From positions 9,285 through 41,284 of the forward strand of contig JBMSHD010000003.1 in the NCBI GenBank assembly GCA_049416425.1: a stretch of 32,000 nucleotides of DNA. The letters are read 5' to 3'. This DNA comes from Francisellaceae bacterium (lineage in GTDB: Bacteria > Pseudomonadota > Gammaproteobacteria > Francisellales > Francisellaceae). The translations under genes and the position numbers were made by a program. Below are positions 1-9,232 of this stretch, in pieces; position 1 is the first letter of the stretch, and each line of letters begins with the position of its first letter. The notes under the pieces are model-generated. The model was not told the origin of the DNA, ran no database searches, and was given only the letters and a program-made list of their open reading frames with translations.

Positions 1-41
1 AAATCGTTACAATGGACATTATTTTTAATGATGACTTTACG

Positions 42-617
42 ATGGCAAAGCTGCATTTTTATTACTCAACCATGAACGCCGGCAAGAGCACCACGCTGTT
101 GCAGTCGGACTATAACTATCGTGAACGCGGCATGAACACGCTGTTATGGGCTCCCCGTTTTGACGACCGTTTCGGTATTGGCAAAATAAGCTCAAGAATC
201 GGGCTTGAAGCCACAGCCGAGCTCTATGATAATGAAACCGATCTGTTGGCGATTGTTGAGGCGGTATTAAAGAAAAAAACGCTTCATTGTGTTCTTGTTG
301 ATGAGGCGCAATTCTTAACGAAAATGCAGGTTTCTATGCTGTGTGACATCGTTGATAAGCTGGATATTCCGGTTTTGGCTTATGGACTTCGCACCGATTT
401 TCAGGCCGAGCCCTTTGAAGGAAGTCGCTATCTTTTAAGCTGGGCCGATCAGTTGATCGAGATTAAAACCATCTGTCATTGCGGCCGTAAAGCCACGCAT
501 GTGTTGCGCCTTGATGCTAAGGGTCAGGTAATCAAATCCGGTGATCAATTGCAGATAGGGGGCAATGATCGCTATGTTGCGGTGTGTCGTCGGCATTTCA
601 AAGACGAGTCGGTTTAA
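42..617 (+). CDS. tdk: Thymidine kinase
   Basis: [21 protein letters not shown] (P-loop) through ICHCGRKAT...[10 protein letters not shown] is collinear with E. coli Tdk (MAQLYFYYSAMNAGKST...). The ORF track starts at ATG 12. ATG 42 matches the orthologue N-terminus, so it is preferred. Confidence 0.9.
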   Translation: MAKLHFYYSTMNAGKSTTLLQSDYNYRERGMNTLLWAPRFDDRFGIGKISSRIGLEATAELYDNETDLLAIVEAVLKKKTLHCVLVDEAQFLTKMQVSMLCDIVDKLDIPVLAYGLRTDFQAEPFEGSRYLLSWADQLIEIKTICHCGRKATHVLRLDAKGQVIKSGDQLQIGGNDRYVAVCRRHFKDESV

Positions 618-2035
618 AAATAGTTATAAAATACCCTTAGCACGGAATCTTGAAATGCTCGGGCATTGTAGCGCTGTTTTTCGGAGAGTTCGTTGAGCAT
701 GATGGAGAAGGTGACAATATGTTTGCGTTTTGTCACCAGGTAACCAGATAGCGTGGAGACGCCGCTAAGGGTGCCGGTTTTGGCATGGACTTTGCCTCTT
801 AGCGTTTTGCTCATGCGATAGCTCAATGTGCCGTCAATGCCGGAAGTCGGCAGATAATCATAGAGTTTTTTGCCGATTTTACTGCGATAAACCTTATTTA
901 AAAGGGTGACCATGAAATAAGGACTGACTTCATCGAGGAGAGAGAGTCCTGAGCCATCTTTCATGGTAAGAGCATGAATGTTGACGCCATAGGTTTTTTC
1001 AAGTAATGATTCAATGACTTTGGTGCTGTTTTCAATCGAGCCATCGCCGCTTAATTTAAAACCGACGGTACGGGCGAGACTCTCGGCATAAAGGTTGTCG
1101 GAGTGAACCAACATATAGGTAATCATCTGCTTTAAATTGGCAGATTTATGTTCGACAAGCGTCTGATAATGTCCATTAGTTGGCATGGTTCCCGTTTTAA
1201 TATCACCGCTGTAATGGATGCCAACCTGTTTAAAAAAATCTTTGATGGTGTCTAAAGTTTTTAAGGCTGGGTTGGCAATGGCCAGACTCATGTAGAATTC
1301 CGCTTTTCGTGGCAGGCAGCCTGAAAGTGTGAGGATGTTTTTGTTGTCCATTTTTATAATGAATGGACAGTCTTTACGAGCAGCGGCGTAGGCGAGACGG
1401 GTGTCGTTGTGAATGATGATGTTGCCGGTGTTGGCAACTGGCTCAACTTTGGTTTTATTCCCTTCGGTGTTGATAAGCTTAATCACAAGGCAATTTTTAT
1501 TCATGTTGAGCGTTGAGGCGGGAGCCGCATAACAATAATCGACATCTTCGCCAGACCAGCCTGGTGGAATGTAGCTGCCGGTGAAGGTGTTGGCGATGAT
1601 CAGAATATTCCCTTTTATGTCATGAATCTTGTTTTTAATGCGTTCGATGAGTTTATAAAGTTCGGTGCCTGTCAGTGAAGGGTCGCCGGAGAACTCGATA
1701 ATAAGATCGCCGTTTAAAGTCTGGTTTTTTAATTGTGCTGGATTGTAGAGCACGGTGGTATCAAAGGTAAAATCGTCGGGCAAGGCGGTTAAGGCTGCGA
1801 TAGCCGTGAAAATTTTGTTGTTGCTGGCGGGCGTAAATGAACGATTCTGGGCGTAGTCATAGATGAGTTTGTCTTTATCAGTGTAACTGGCGGCAATGCC
1901 AATCGAGGCATTTTCAAGTTTGTATTTTTTAACCAAAGCTTGGACTTCACTGCGTGGCGAGCCATAGGACAGACGGATGACAGAAAAGAGGCAAAGCACA
2001 CTTAAAAAAACGGTGAAAATTTTTTTTAGATCCAT
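614..2035 (-). CDS. dacB: D-alanyl-D-alanine carboxypeptidase/endopeptidase, PBP4 family
   Basis: 473 aa with an N-terminal signal peptide ([19 protein letters not shown]). It carries the three penicillin-binding motifs in order: SxxK (PASNNKIF), SxN (HSDNLYAE) and KTG (HAKTGTLSG). Length and layout are typical of PBP4. Confidence 0.85.
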   Translation of the reverse strand: MDLKKIFTVFLSVLCLFSVIRLSYGSPRSEVQALVKKYKLENASIGIAASYTDKDKLIYDYAQNRSFTPASNNKIFTAIAALTALPDDFTFDTTVLYNPAQLKNQTLNGDLIIEFSGDPSLTGTELYKLIERIKNKIHDIKGNILIIANTFTGSYIPPGWSGEDVDYCYAAPASTLNMNKNCLVIKLINTEGNKTKVEPVANTGNIIIHNDTRLAYAAARKDCPFIIKMDNKNILTLSGCLPRKAEFYMSLAIANPALKTLDTIKDFFKQVGIHYSGDIKTGTMPTNGHYQTLVEHKSANLKQMITYMLVHSDNLYAESLARTVGFKLSGDGSIENSTKVIESLLEKTYGVNIHALTMKDGSGLSLLDEVSPYFMVTLLNKVYRSKIGKKLYDYLPTSGIDGTLSYRMSKTLRGKVHAKTGTLSGVSTLSGYLVTKRKHIVTFSIMLNELSEKQRYNARAFQDSVLRVFYNYF

Positions 2036-2119
2036 CAGGGCTCAAAGGTATCGACATTGTTTGTAATTATGATCGATAATAGCAAGAATCATGAATATTG
2101 TAATGGGATTATAGCGAAA

Positions 2120-2491
2120 ATGTATCGATTGAGTTTACAAGGAATAGGTCTGGATGTCTATCTTGGTGTGTTTGATTTTGAACAGCAGCAGACCCAGCAT
2201 GTCGAGGTTGATATTTGCCTTGATTTTCTGAATAGACCAAGGGGGTGTCACACTGACGCTCATGAAGATGTCTTGTGTTACGCTGCTTTGAATGACCATT
2301 TGATTGGTGTGGTTAAAGACAGACGCTTTCAATTGATTGAGTATCTGTGTTGCCAGTTGAGTGAAGCGGTGATGGATTTCTTAAAAAGCGTTGAAATGGC
2401 AGCCGATATTCGTTTGACGGTGCATAAAAATCCGCCGTTGGATAACATCAAACGTGCTTGTTTTACGGTTGAGAAAAAATGGTGCAAGTAG
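2120..2491 (+). CDS. folB: Dihydroneopterin aldolase
   Basis: GIGLDVYLGVFDFEQQQTQHVEVDICLDF is the typical FolB N-terminal pattern. The product is about 123 aa from ATG 2120; the track start at 2057 adds 21 atypical residues. It lies directly upstream of, and overlaps, folK-folP. Confidence 0.7.
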   Translation: MYRLSLQGIGLDVYLGVFDFEQQQTQHVEVDICLDFLNRPRGCHTDAHEDVLCYAALNDHLIGVVKDRRFQLIEYLCCQLSEAVMDFLKSVEMAADIRLTVHKNPPLDNIKRACFTVEKKWCK

Positions 2492-3780
2492 TTCTGGGGC
2501 TTGGCAGCAATATTGGCCGTAAACTCGATTATTTGCGTCAGGCTGTGAAATGCCTGGAACAAGAACCATCGATTGAGCTTGAAAAAATCTCGGCGGTTTA
2601 TGAGTCGGCAGCGCTTTTACCACCCGATGCCCCGGGTGACTGGAATCGAAATTTCTACAATATTGCCGTGCTCATTGAGACAGATTTATCTGCGGAAGCG
2701 CTGTTGGTTTGTGTGCAGAAGATTGAGTGTGATATCGGCAGGCCTCCAACGCATGCTTATTGGTCGCCGAGAGTGATCGATATCGATATTTTGTGCTATG
2801 GTGATAAGAGCATGGAGACAGTAAATCTGAGCATTCCACACCGGTATCTGCTTAAGCGGGCTTTTGCGCTGGTGCCGCTGTTGGAGGTCATGCCTAAGTG
2901 GCGCCATCCACTTGTCGATATTGATTTGCATCGTCATGCTAAATCTTTGGATAAAATAGAGGTGGCTCCCTTTTGCATTGATGGCAGTAAGATCATGGCG
3001 ATTATCAATTTATCAGAAGATTCTTTTTCTGGGGGTGGGGTGTCAAAGACTGATGATGTTTTAGCTATTGTTGATCAGGCGATTAAAGAAGGTGCCGAGG
3101 TCATCGATATCGGTGCCGAGAGCACAAAACCCAATGCCACTCATAAATCTGCCGAAGAAGTATGGGCGCTGCTTGAACCTTGCCTTTTGCGAGTGAATGA
3201 TTATTTCAAAGCGGCTTCCTTCAGTAGTTTTATCGATATCAGTATCGATACCTATCATGAAAAGGTTGTCAAAAATGTCTGCCAGTTTTCCTGTGTTACC
3301 ATGATCAATGATGTCTATGGTAGTCAGCGACGACAAATCGCTTCGTATCTTAAAGGAAGTGCGATTAAATATGTCTATATGCATCAGCTGGGCAGCGCCG
3401 GCGGTCACTATCTGGATGTGTGTGGAGATTCGATCAAAGATGTGCTGGACTATGGGATTTCAGTGCGTGATGAGCTGATAGATCTGGGGCTTGAAGCCTC
3501 TCAGCTTGTTTATGATATCGGTATCGGTTTCGGTAAATATTCCTTTCAGGTAAAATCGCTATTGGCCGCCTTGCCTGAGATTAAAAAAACACTGGGGCTT
3601 GCGCTTTTAGTTGGACATTCAAGAAAAAATTCAGCCATGCCGGCACTGGCATCTGCCGATCATTACGCCAAAGACTTGGCAACGGCACTATTGTCCTGTC
3701 AATTGATAAGTTCCGGGGTCGATTACTTAAGGGTCCATAACGTACAGGCCAGCGCTATTGCCAGGGCGATGATGAGATAA
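2479..3780 (+). CDS. Bifunctional HPPK (FolK) / dihydropteroate synthase (FolP) fusion protein
   Basis: The N-terminal ~165 aa have HPPK motifs (VLGLGSNIG, RVIDIDIL). The C-terminal ~265 aa have DHPS motifs (IMAIINLSEDSFSGGG, DIGAESTKP, SIDTYH, MINDVYG, DIGIGFGK, GHSRK, RVHNV). It is one uninterrupted 433-codon frame. The ATG at 2479 overlaps the folB 3' end by 13 nt. Confidence 0.85.
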   Translation: MVQVVLGLGSNIGRKLDYLRQAVKCLEQEPSIELEKISAVYESAALLPPDAPGDWNRNFYNIAVLIETDLSAEALLVCVQKIECDIGRPPTHAYWSPRVIDIDILCYGDKSMETVNLSIPHRYLLKRAFALVPLLEVMPKWRHPLVDIDLHRHAKSLDKIEVAPFCIDGSKIMAIINLSEDSFSGGGVSKTDDVLAIVDQAIKEGAEVIDIGAESTKPNATHKSAEEVWALLEPCLLRVNDYFKAASFSSFIDISIDTYHEKVVKNVCQFSCVTMINDVYGSQRRQIASYLKGSAIKYVYMHQLGSAGGHYLDVCGDSIKDVLDYGISVRDELIDLGLEASQLVYDIGIGFGKYSFQVKSLLAALPEIKKTLGLALLVGHSRKNSAMPALASADHYAKDLATALLSCQLISSGVDYLRVHNVQASAIARAMMR

Positions 3781-3795
3781 AAAATGGGCTTTTAT

Positions 3796-3824
3796 TTGAT
3801 TTTTCGATAAGAAACCGTTAGAAT
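3796..3824 (+). promoter_or_regulatory. Putative sigma70 promoter for the rpsU operon (TTGATT - 17 nt - TAGAAT)
   Basis: The -35 TTGATT is at 3796-3801, followed by a 17-nt spacer and the -10 TAGAAT at 3819-3824, about 90 nt upstream of the rpsU ATG. This is a sequence-pattern call only. Confidence 0.35.
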
Positions 3825-3916
3825 TTCGCCACTGATTTTTGTTTAATGGCAATAGTGCTTGGGCAGAATGGCGCTCAGGCGGTAAAAATGGCAGATTTAA
3901 GTGAGGTGAAAAAGGC

Positions 3917-4123
3917 ATGCCAGCAGTACGCATCAAAGAAACTGAACCATTTGATATTGCGTTGCGTCGCTTCAAGCGCAGCTGTGAAAAAGCAGGGATC
4001 GTATCTGAGCTTCGTCGCAGAGAGTTTTATGAAAAACCAACCTGGGAACGTAAGCGTAAGAAAGCCGCAGCAGTTAAGCGCGCAAGAAAACACGAGTATA
4101 GAAGCTCACCACGGCGCGGGTAA
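3917..4123 (+). CDS. rpsU: 30S ribosomal protein S21
   Basis: [42 protein letters not shown] is nearly identical in pattern to E. coli S21 ([27 protein letters not shown]...). Confidence 0.95.
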   Translation: MPAVRIKETEPFDIALRRFKRSCEKAGIVSELRRREFYEKPTWERKRKKAAAVKRARKHEYRSSPRRG

Positions 4124-4379
4124 TGGTTAAAATGGGGGGTATGACTGATATAAAACAGTGATATTCCTTATTTCAGGGACTATACTTTCTTGATTGAGAT
4201 TGATCTTCAGCTTCAATGATTAAGAATGAAACAGTCTCCGCGTGCAATTTGGTGTTGTTAAGATGGTTTTGGATTTTCTAAATTGTCTTTAAAATCATGT
4301 CAACAACCTCCAATGTTTCCATGTGACTAAGCGCATGGATCTGTATTTTAAATCGTAAAACCAAATAGGAATGCAGTAA

Positions 4380-4826
4380 ATGTCATCTACAGTTGAGCGC
4401 TTGACGGCTGATATGAAAATGGCCATGAAAACCAAAGACAAAAACCGTCTGACCACAATCAGAATGGCGTTGGCTGCTTTTCAACAAAAAGAAATCGATG
4501 ATAAAATTGGGATTACCGATGAGATAGCTATCGCCATTATCAGTAAAATGATTAAGCAGAGAAAGGAATCGGCCGATCAGTATCAAAAGGCTGACAGAGC
4601 CGAGTTGGCGGATAAAGAGTTGTATGAGATTTCTGTGCTGGAAGGTTATCTGCCAAAGGCGCTGTCGGAAGATGAGATCATCGAGATTATTCAAAAGGCC
4701 ATCCTGGAGGTCGGTGCTTCTTCGGTTAAAGATATGGGTAAGATCATGCAGGCTATCAAAATTCAACTGACCGGGCGTGCCGATATGACTAAAGTTGGCT
4801 CCATGGTTAAATCACAGCTGTCCTAA
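4380..4826 (+). CDS. GatB/YqeY domain-containing protein
   Basis: 148 aa. LTADMKMAMKTKDKNRLTTIRMALAAFQQKEID and the overall length match the YqeY family. Its position between rpsU and dnaG is seen in many non-enteric proteobacteria. Confidence 0.85.
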   Translation: MSSTVERLTADMKMAMKTKDKNRLTTIRMALAAFQQKEIDDKIGITDEIAIAIISKMIKQRKESADQYQKADRAELADKELYEISVLEGYLPKALSEDEIIEIIQKAILEVGASSVKDMGKIMQAIKIQLTGRADMTKVGSMVKSQLS

Positions 4827-4838
4827 GCAGTCCGGTTT

Positions 4839-6623
4839 ATGCGGGGAAGCATTCCCAACGAGTTCATACGCCATCTGGTGGCATCGACGGATATCGTCGA
4901 GGTTTTATCGCGATTCATCAAACTTAAAAAGACAGGCAAAAACTATATGGCCTGTTGTCCTTTTCATCATGAAAAAACGCCGTCATTTTCGGTGAGTCCT
5001 AAAAAGCAGATGTATCATTGTTTTGGCTGTCATGTTTCAGGAGATGTCATCAGTTTCATGATGGAGCAGGATGGTTTGAGCTTTGTCGAAGCCGTTGAAG
5101 AATTGGCGGCCGCCCAAGGTTTTACGGTGCCTTATGAAAAGAATGGGTATGATCAAAAAGATGATGGGAAAATCAAATTTTATTACGATGCCTTGAATGC
5201 GGCGGCTAAATTTTATCGCTGGTCTTTGAAATATGATGCCAATCGGCAAAAGGCGATAGCGTACCTGAAGCATCGCGGTATCGATAGCAAGACGGCCAGC
5301 TTTTTTCAGATTGGCTATGCCCCGGATGCCTGGCGAGGGCTATACGATGTGCTGGAGCGTTCATTTTCAGAGGAGATTCTGGAGTCTTGTGGTCTTGTCA
5401 TCAAAAATGCGGATAAACAGCATGCCTATGATCGCTTTCGAGATCGTTTGATCTTTCCCATTCGCAATCGGCAGGGGCAGGTTATCGGCTTTGGTGCGCG
5501 TATTTTAGAGGAAGACAGGAAACAGCCTAAGTATATTAACTCACCGGAATCAGCGATCTTTCATAAAGGTCAGGAGCTCTATGGATTGTATGAGCTTAAA
5601 TTTTTGAAAGCGTTGAAGCGAATTGTGGTGGTTGAAGGTTATATGGATGTGATCGGTCTTTTCACGCATGGCTTTTATGGTGCCGTGGCGGCATTGGGAA
5701 CAGCGTTTAGCGAAGATCATGCCAGGTTGTTATTCAGGCGTTGTCATAACATCGTCTTGTGTTTCGATGGTGATAATGCCGGGCGTCAAGCGGCAATTCG
5801 GGCATTTAAAGTGATTTTGCCCAAACTTGATGCCAATAAAAAGGCACGATTTTTGATGCTGCCTCATGAACACGATCCGGATTCCTATATAAAGGAGTAT
5901 GGTCTGGCTGCATTTGACAATATGGTTGACAAAGCAGAACCTGCCGTTGATTTCTTTCTTGAGTTTTTAAAAGCCGATCGAGAGCCTGGAAGTGCTGATT
6001 CACTGGCAAAACTACTGGAGACGGCGCGCATTATTTTGTCTGATCTGCCGCAAACTCCCTATACGGTGAGTCTGGTGGAGTACCTGGCGGCTGATTTGGG
6101 GCTGTCATCTGCGATGCTTCTGAAAATGCTGTTTTCGCAATCTGCGTCGACAGCGCTACCAGTTGAGACTCAAAAGTGGCGGCTTGATATCAACAGGCTT
6201 AATTTCAGTGAGAAGGCGCTCAGTTATATTTTGAGTCTTCCTGGCGTCATTGCTGAATACTTTGGCAAAACGGTCTGGCCTGATTTTGCCATTGAAACCT
6301 TGAATGAGAAATATATTATTTTTCTTGAAGCCAGTAATATAATCAGGCAAAATGACGGCTTGACTTCGGCAGGGCTTGTTGAGCGTTTGGTTGAAAAATA
6401 TCCTCTTTATCGGAGCTATTTTTTCCAGTTAGCCAGCTTGCCGAGTGAGCTTGATGAGCAGGCGATTTTAGATGAATTCTTGGCGGCGATCGATAAAATA
6501 CAGGCTGAAGCAAGACATGGTGAGCTTTCGGCATTAATTGAAAAATCAAAAAATATCATCTTAAGCGAGAATGAAAAAAAACGCATGCTGGAAATATTAT
6601 ATACAGTGAAAAAAAATGACTAA
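4839..6623 (+). CDS. dnaG: DNA primase
   Basis: Zinc ribbon CCPFHHEKTPSFSVSPKKQMYHCFGC. TOPRIM motifs VVEGYMDV and CFDGDNAGRQA. Collinear with E. coli DnaG. Confidence 0.95.
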   Translation: MRGSIPNEFIRHLVASTDIVEVLSRFIKLKKTGKNYMACCPFHHEKTPSFSVSPKKQMYHCFGCHVSGDVISFMMEQDGLSFVEAVEELAAAQGFTVPYEKNGYDQKDDGKIKFYYDALNAAAKFYRWSLKYDANRQKAIAYLKHRGIDSKTASFFQIGYAPDAWRGLYDVLERSFSEEILESCGLVIKNADKQHAYDRFRDRLIFPIRNRQGQVIGFGARILEEDRKQPKYINSPESAIFHKGQELYGLYELKFLKALKRIVVVEGYMDVIGLFTHGFYGAVAALGTAFSEDHARLLFRRCHNIVLCFDGDNAGRQAAIRAFKVILPKLDANKKARFLMLPHEHDPDSYIKEYGLAAFDNMVDKAEPAVDFFLEFLKADREPGSADSLAKLLETARIILSDLPQTPYTVSLVEYLAADLGLSSAMLLKMLFSQSASTALPVETQKWRLDINRLNFSEKALSYILSLPGVIAEYFGKTVWPDFAIETLNEKYIIFLEASNIIRQNDGLTSAGLVERLVEKYPLYRSYFFQLASLPSELDEQAILDEFLAAIDKIQAEARHGELSALIEKSKNIILSENEKKRMLEILYTVKKND

Positions 6624-6803
6624 TATTATAGTCATTCGCTAGTCGATGTTTTTGTCGCCGAAGTGTTTTGTCTGATGAGTTCATCGGCAGATAAATCGAT
6701 GCGGCAAAGGCAAGCTTTAGATGGTGCGGTGAACGTTTACACCGTCTAGGCAGATGCAGGTAGAATTGATCGAAATGATCCTAAACAGATAGTGGGATGC
6801 TTC

Positions 6804-8705
6804 ATGTCAGAGTTAACAAAAGAACAGCAGTTGATAAAGATTAAAGAGCTGTTATCTCTTGGAAAAGAACAGGGCTATTTGACCTATGCCGATATCAATG
6901 ATTATTTACCGGATGAAATTACCGAATCTGAGCGTATAGATGAAGTCATTCAGATGATTAATGACATGGGGGTGCAGGTCTTTGAGTCGACGCCTGATGC
7001 CGAAGATTTGCTTCTGGGTGATACCAGTGGAGTTGAAGCCGCCGAGGAAGATGCCGTTCAGGCATTAGCTTCCGACGGAGACTTTGGGCGCACTACTGAT
7101 CCGGTAAGAATGTATATGCGCGAGATGGGCTCGGTTGATCTTCTGACTCGTTCCGGCGAGATTGAGATTGCTAAGCGTATCGAAGAAGGAACGAAGGAGG
7201 TGCTTTTGGCATTGTCTGAGTATCCACTGGTGGTGAAGTCTTTGATTACCAGATATCACGAACTTTTAGACGCCGCGCGTGAAGAATACAATGCCTTGGA
7301 TGATGAGGTTCGAGAGCGAACTCCATTGTATCGTTTCATCAAATTTTCTGACTTGATCGTGGGCTTTAATGAATCCGGTGAGTTTGATGCCAGCGGCACA
7401 GATGTGGGGTCTATGCTCGATAATCCTGAGCAGACGCTTGAAGATGAAAGTGTCGATGAAGAAGAGGATGGCAGTACCGCATCGGTGTCATCGGATAGTG
7501 GCGAAGACAGTGGTCCTGATCCTGAAGAGGCCATGCAGCGTTTTAAAGATCTGGAGGCGGCTTTAAATCACCTTCTGGGGCAAGATGGTGGTACCAAGGC
7601 CTATATTCAGGCTTTAAATGAGGTGTCGCAGAAATTTTTAGGGCTTCGATTTACCTCGGCTCAGGTCAACCGCATGATCAATGCGATACGATCACTGGTT
7701 GGTGAGATTCGTGCACTCGATCGCAAGATCATGCGTCTGTGTATTGAGAGAGGACGGATGAAGAAAAAATATTTTCTTGATCACTTTCAGGGGCGTGAGA
7801 CCGAATCAATCTGGCTCGATAAGAGTGTCACTAAATTTCCGTATCTTGCCGATGTGCTCGAAGAGATTAAGACACTGCAGCTGAAGCTTGCTCTGATCGA
7901 AGATCGCGCCGATATGTTAGTTTATGAGCTAAGAGAGGCCAGCAAGAAAATTTCAGTCGGAGAGGCAAAAGCCAGACGTGCAAAAAAAGAGATGATTGAG
8001 GCGAATCTGCGTCTGGTGATCTCGATTGCTAAAAAATATACCAACAGAGGGTTGCAGTTTCTGGATTTGATTCAGGAAGGCAATATTGGTCTGATGAAAG
8101 CCGTGGATAAATTTGAATATCGTCGTGGCTATAAGTTTTCAACCTATGCCACCTGGTGGATACGGCAAGCCATTACCCGCTCAATTGCCGATCAGGCCAG
8201 AACCATCCGTATTCCGGTGCACATGATTGAAACTATTAACAAGCTTAATCGTATCTCGCGTCAGATTTTGCAGGAGACTGGCAAAGAAGCGACGCCTGAA
8301 GAGCTGAGCAAGCATATTGATATGTCGGAAGATAAAATCAGAAAGATCATGAAGATTGCCAAAGAGCCGATCTCAATGGAGACGCCAATTGGTGATGATG
8401 AAGATTCCTCTTTAGGTGATTTTATTGAGGATTCCATTTCAGACTCACCCGTTGACAGTGCAACATCTGAAAGCCTTCGTGAGGTTACTAAAGAGATATT
8501 AGGCACCCTGACTGAGCGTGAGGCCAAGGTATTGCGCATGCGTTTTGGTATCGATATGAATACCGATCACACTTTAGAGGAAGTCGGTAAACAGTTTGAT
8601 GTCACCCGTGAACGTATTCGCCAGATTGAGGCCAAGGCATTGAGAAAGTTACGCCATCCTTCGCGTTCAGAGACCTTGAAAAGCTTTTTAGGTGAAGAGG
8701 AATAA
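6804..8705 (+). CDS. rpoD: RNA polymerase sigma factor RpoD (sigma70)
   Basis: Region 2 ([52 protein letters not shown]) and region 4.2 ([30 protein letters not shown]) are essentially identical to E. coli RpoD. There is an acidic non-conserved insert. The track start at 6792 is GTG; ATG 6804 (MSELTKEQQ) is more likely. Confidence 0.95.
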   Translation: MSELTKEQQLIKIKELLSLGKEQGYLTYADINDYLPDEITESERIDEVIQMINDMGVQVFESTPDAEDLLLGDTSGVEAAEEDAVQALASDGDFGRTTDPVRMYMREMGSVDLLTRSGEIEIAKRIEEGTKEVLLALSEYPLVVKSLITRYHELLDAAREEYNALDDEVRERTPLYRFIKFSDLIVGFNESGEFDASGTDVGSMLDNPEQTLEDESVDEEEDGSTASVSSDSGEDSGPDPEEAMQRFKDLEAALNHLLGQDGGTKAYIQALNEVSQKFLGLRFTSAQVNRMINAIRSLVGEIRALDRKIMRLCIERGRMKKKYFLDHFQGRETESIWLDKSVTKFPYLADVLEEIKTLQLKLALIEDRADMLVYELREASKKISVGEAKARRAKKEMIEANLRLVISIAKKYTNRGLQFLDLIQEGNIGLMKAVDKFEYRRGYKFSTYATWWIRQAITRSIADQARTIRIPVHMIETINKLNRISRQILQETGKEATPEELSKHIDMSEDKIRKIMKIAKEPISMETPIGDDEDSSLGDFIEDSISDSPVDSATSESLREVTKEILGTLTEREAKVLRMRFGIDMNTDHTLEEVGKQFDVTRERIRQIEAKALRKLRHPSRSETLKSFLGEEE

Positions 8706-8832
8706 AGATCTCTGGATCGATAAGCTTATTTTAGAGCCTTTCTTCTTGCTGGCAGTGATCGATATACAAGCTTTTTTTAAATGAATTGCTAAAAGCGTTA
8801 AGACTTGTTTCAATAACCGTGGAGATGTGAGT

Positions 8833-9219
8833 ATGCAGAAGATTAAAATTTGGGTAATGACAGGTGCATCAACAGCCATATTGCTGTTATCAGGCTGTGC
8901 CAGTCAATGTGTTTCGGTGCCATCAACCAGTAAAGAGGCGACAAGCTTTGGTTCTGGATTTGGGCAGCTAAAAGCTTTACCGCCGTCTTCTCGAGAAGTT
9001 GATGGCTTTCTTCAGGCCAATATCACCGTGAAGAATAAAAAGTCCTCAACACAAAATTTCCAATATCAGGTTCAGTGGTTTGATCAAAGCGGGTATAATA
9101 CCGGACAGCCTCAACCCTGGACGCCGGTTGAAGTCTATGCAGACCTTTCAAAAACGCTGAGCTTGACGGCACCGATGCAAAATGCCAGAAGTTATAATAT
9201 TGAGTTTTGTGCCGCATAG
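8833..9219 (+). CDS. Small lipoprotein, possibly YcfL/DUF1425 family
   Basis: Lipobox ILLLSGC-AS follows a hydrophobic leader. The C-terminal half has the pattern F-Y-x-V-x-W-F-D-x-x-G (NFQYQVQWFDQSG), reminiscent of E. coli YcfL (YRFYWYDARG). GGAG lies 8 nt upstream of ATG 8833. That it is a CDS is solid; the family call is tentative. Confidence 0.5.
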   Translation: MQKIKIWVMTGASTAILLLSGCASQCVSVPSTSKEATSFGSGFGQLKALPPSSREVDGFLQANITVKNKKSSTQNFQYQVQWFDQSGYNTGQPQPWTPVEVYADLSKTLSLTAPMQNARSYNIEFCAA

Positions 9220-9232
9220 CTATAATTGCCAG

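Noticed and set aside
3846-4130. 94-aa plus-strand ORF and 72/82-aa minus-strand ORFs overlapping rpsU.
   Set aside because: The rpsU frame (3917-4123) has an unmistakable S21 sequence. The overlapping frames have no recognisable features.
7256-7566. 92-aa minus-strand and 65-aa plus-strand ORFs within rpoD (Ser-rich).
   Set aside because: They overlap the acidic non-conserved region of RpoD, either antisense or out of frame. They are low-complexity shadow ORFs.
8706-8832. Possible intrinsic terminator after rpoD (ATAAGCTTAT palindrome; CTTG...CAAGC followed by T7 at about 8773-8779).
   Set aside because: The stems are only 4-5 bp or have no loop. They are too weak to call from sequence alone.
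8833-9219. Idea that the small lipoprotein next to the giant Rhs 3' end is its immunity protein.
   Set aside because: It is on the opposite strand (convergent), follows rpoD as in a conserved backbone and shows a YcfL/DUF1425-like motif. It cannot be fully excluded, but the arrangement does not resemble rhs-rhsI coupling.
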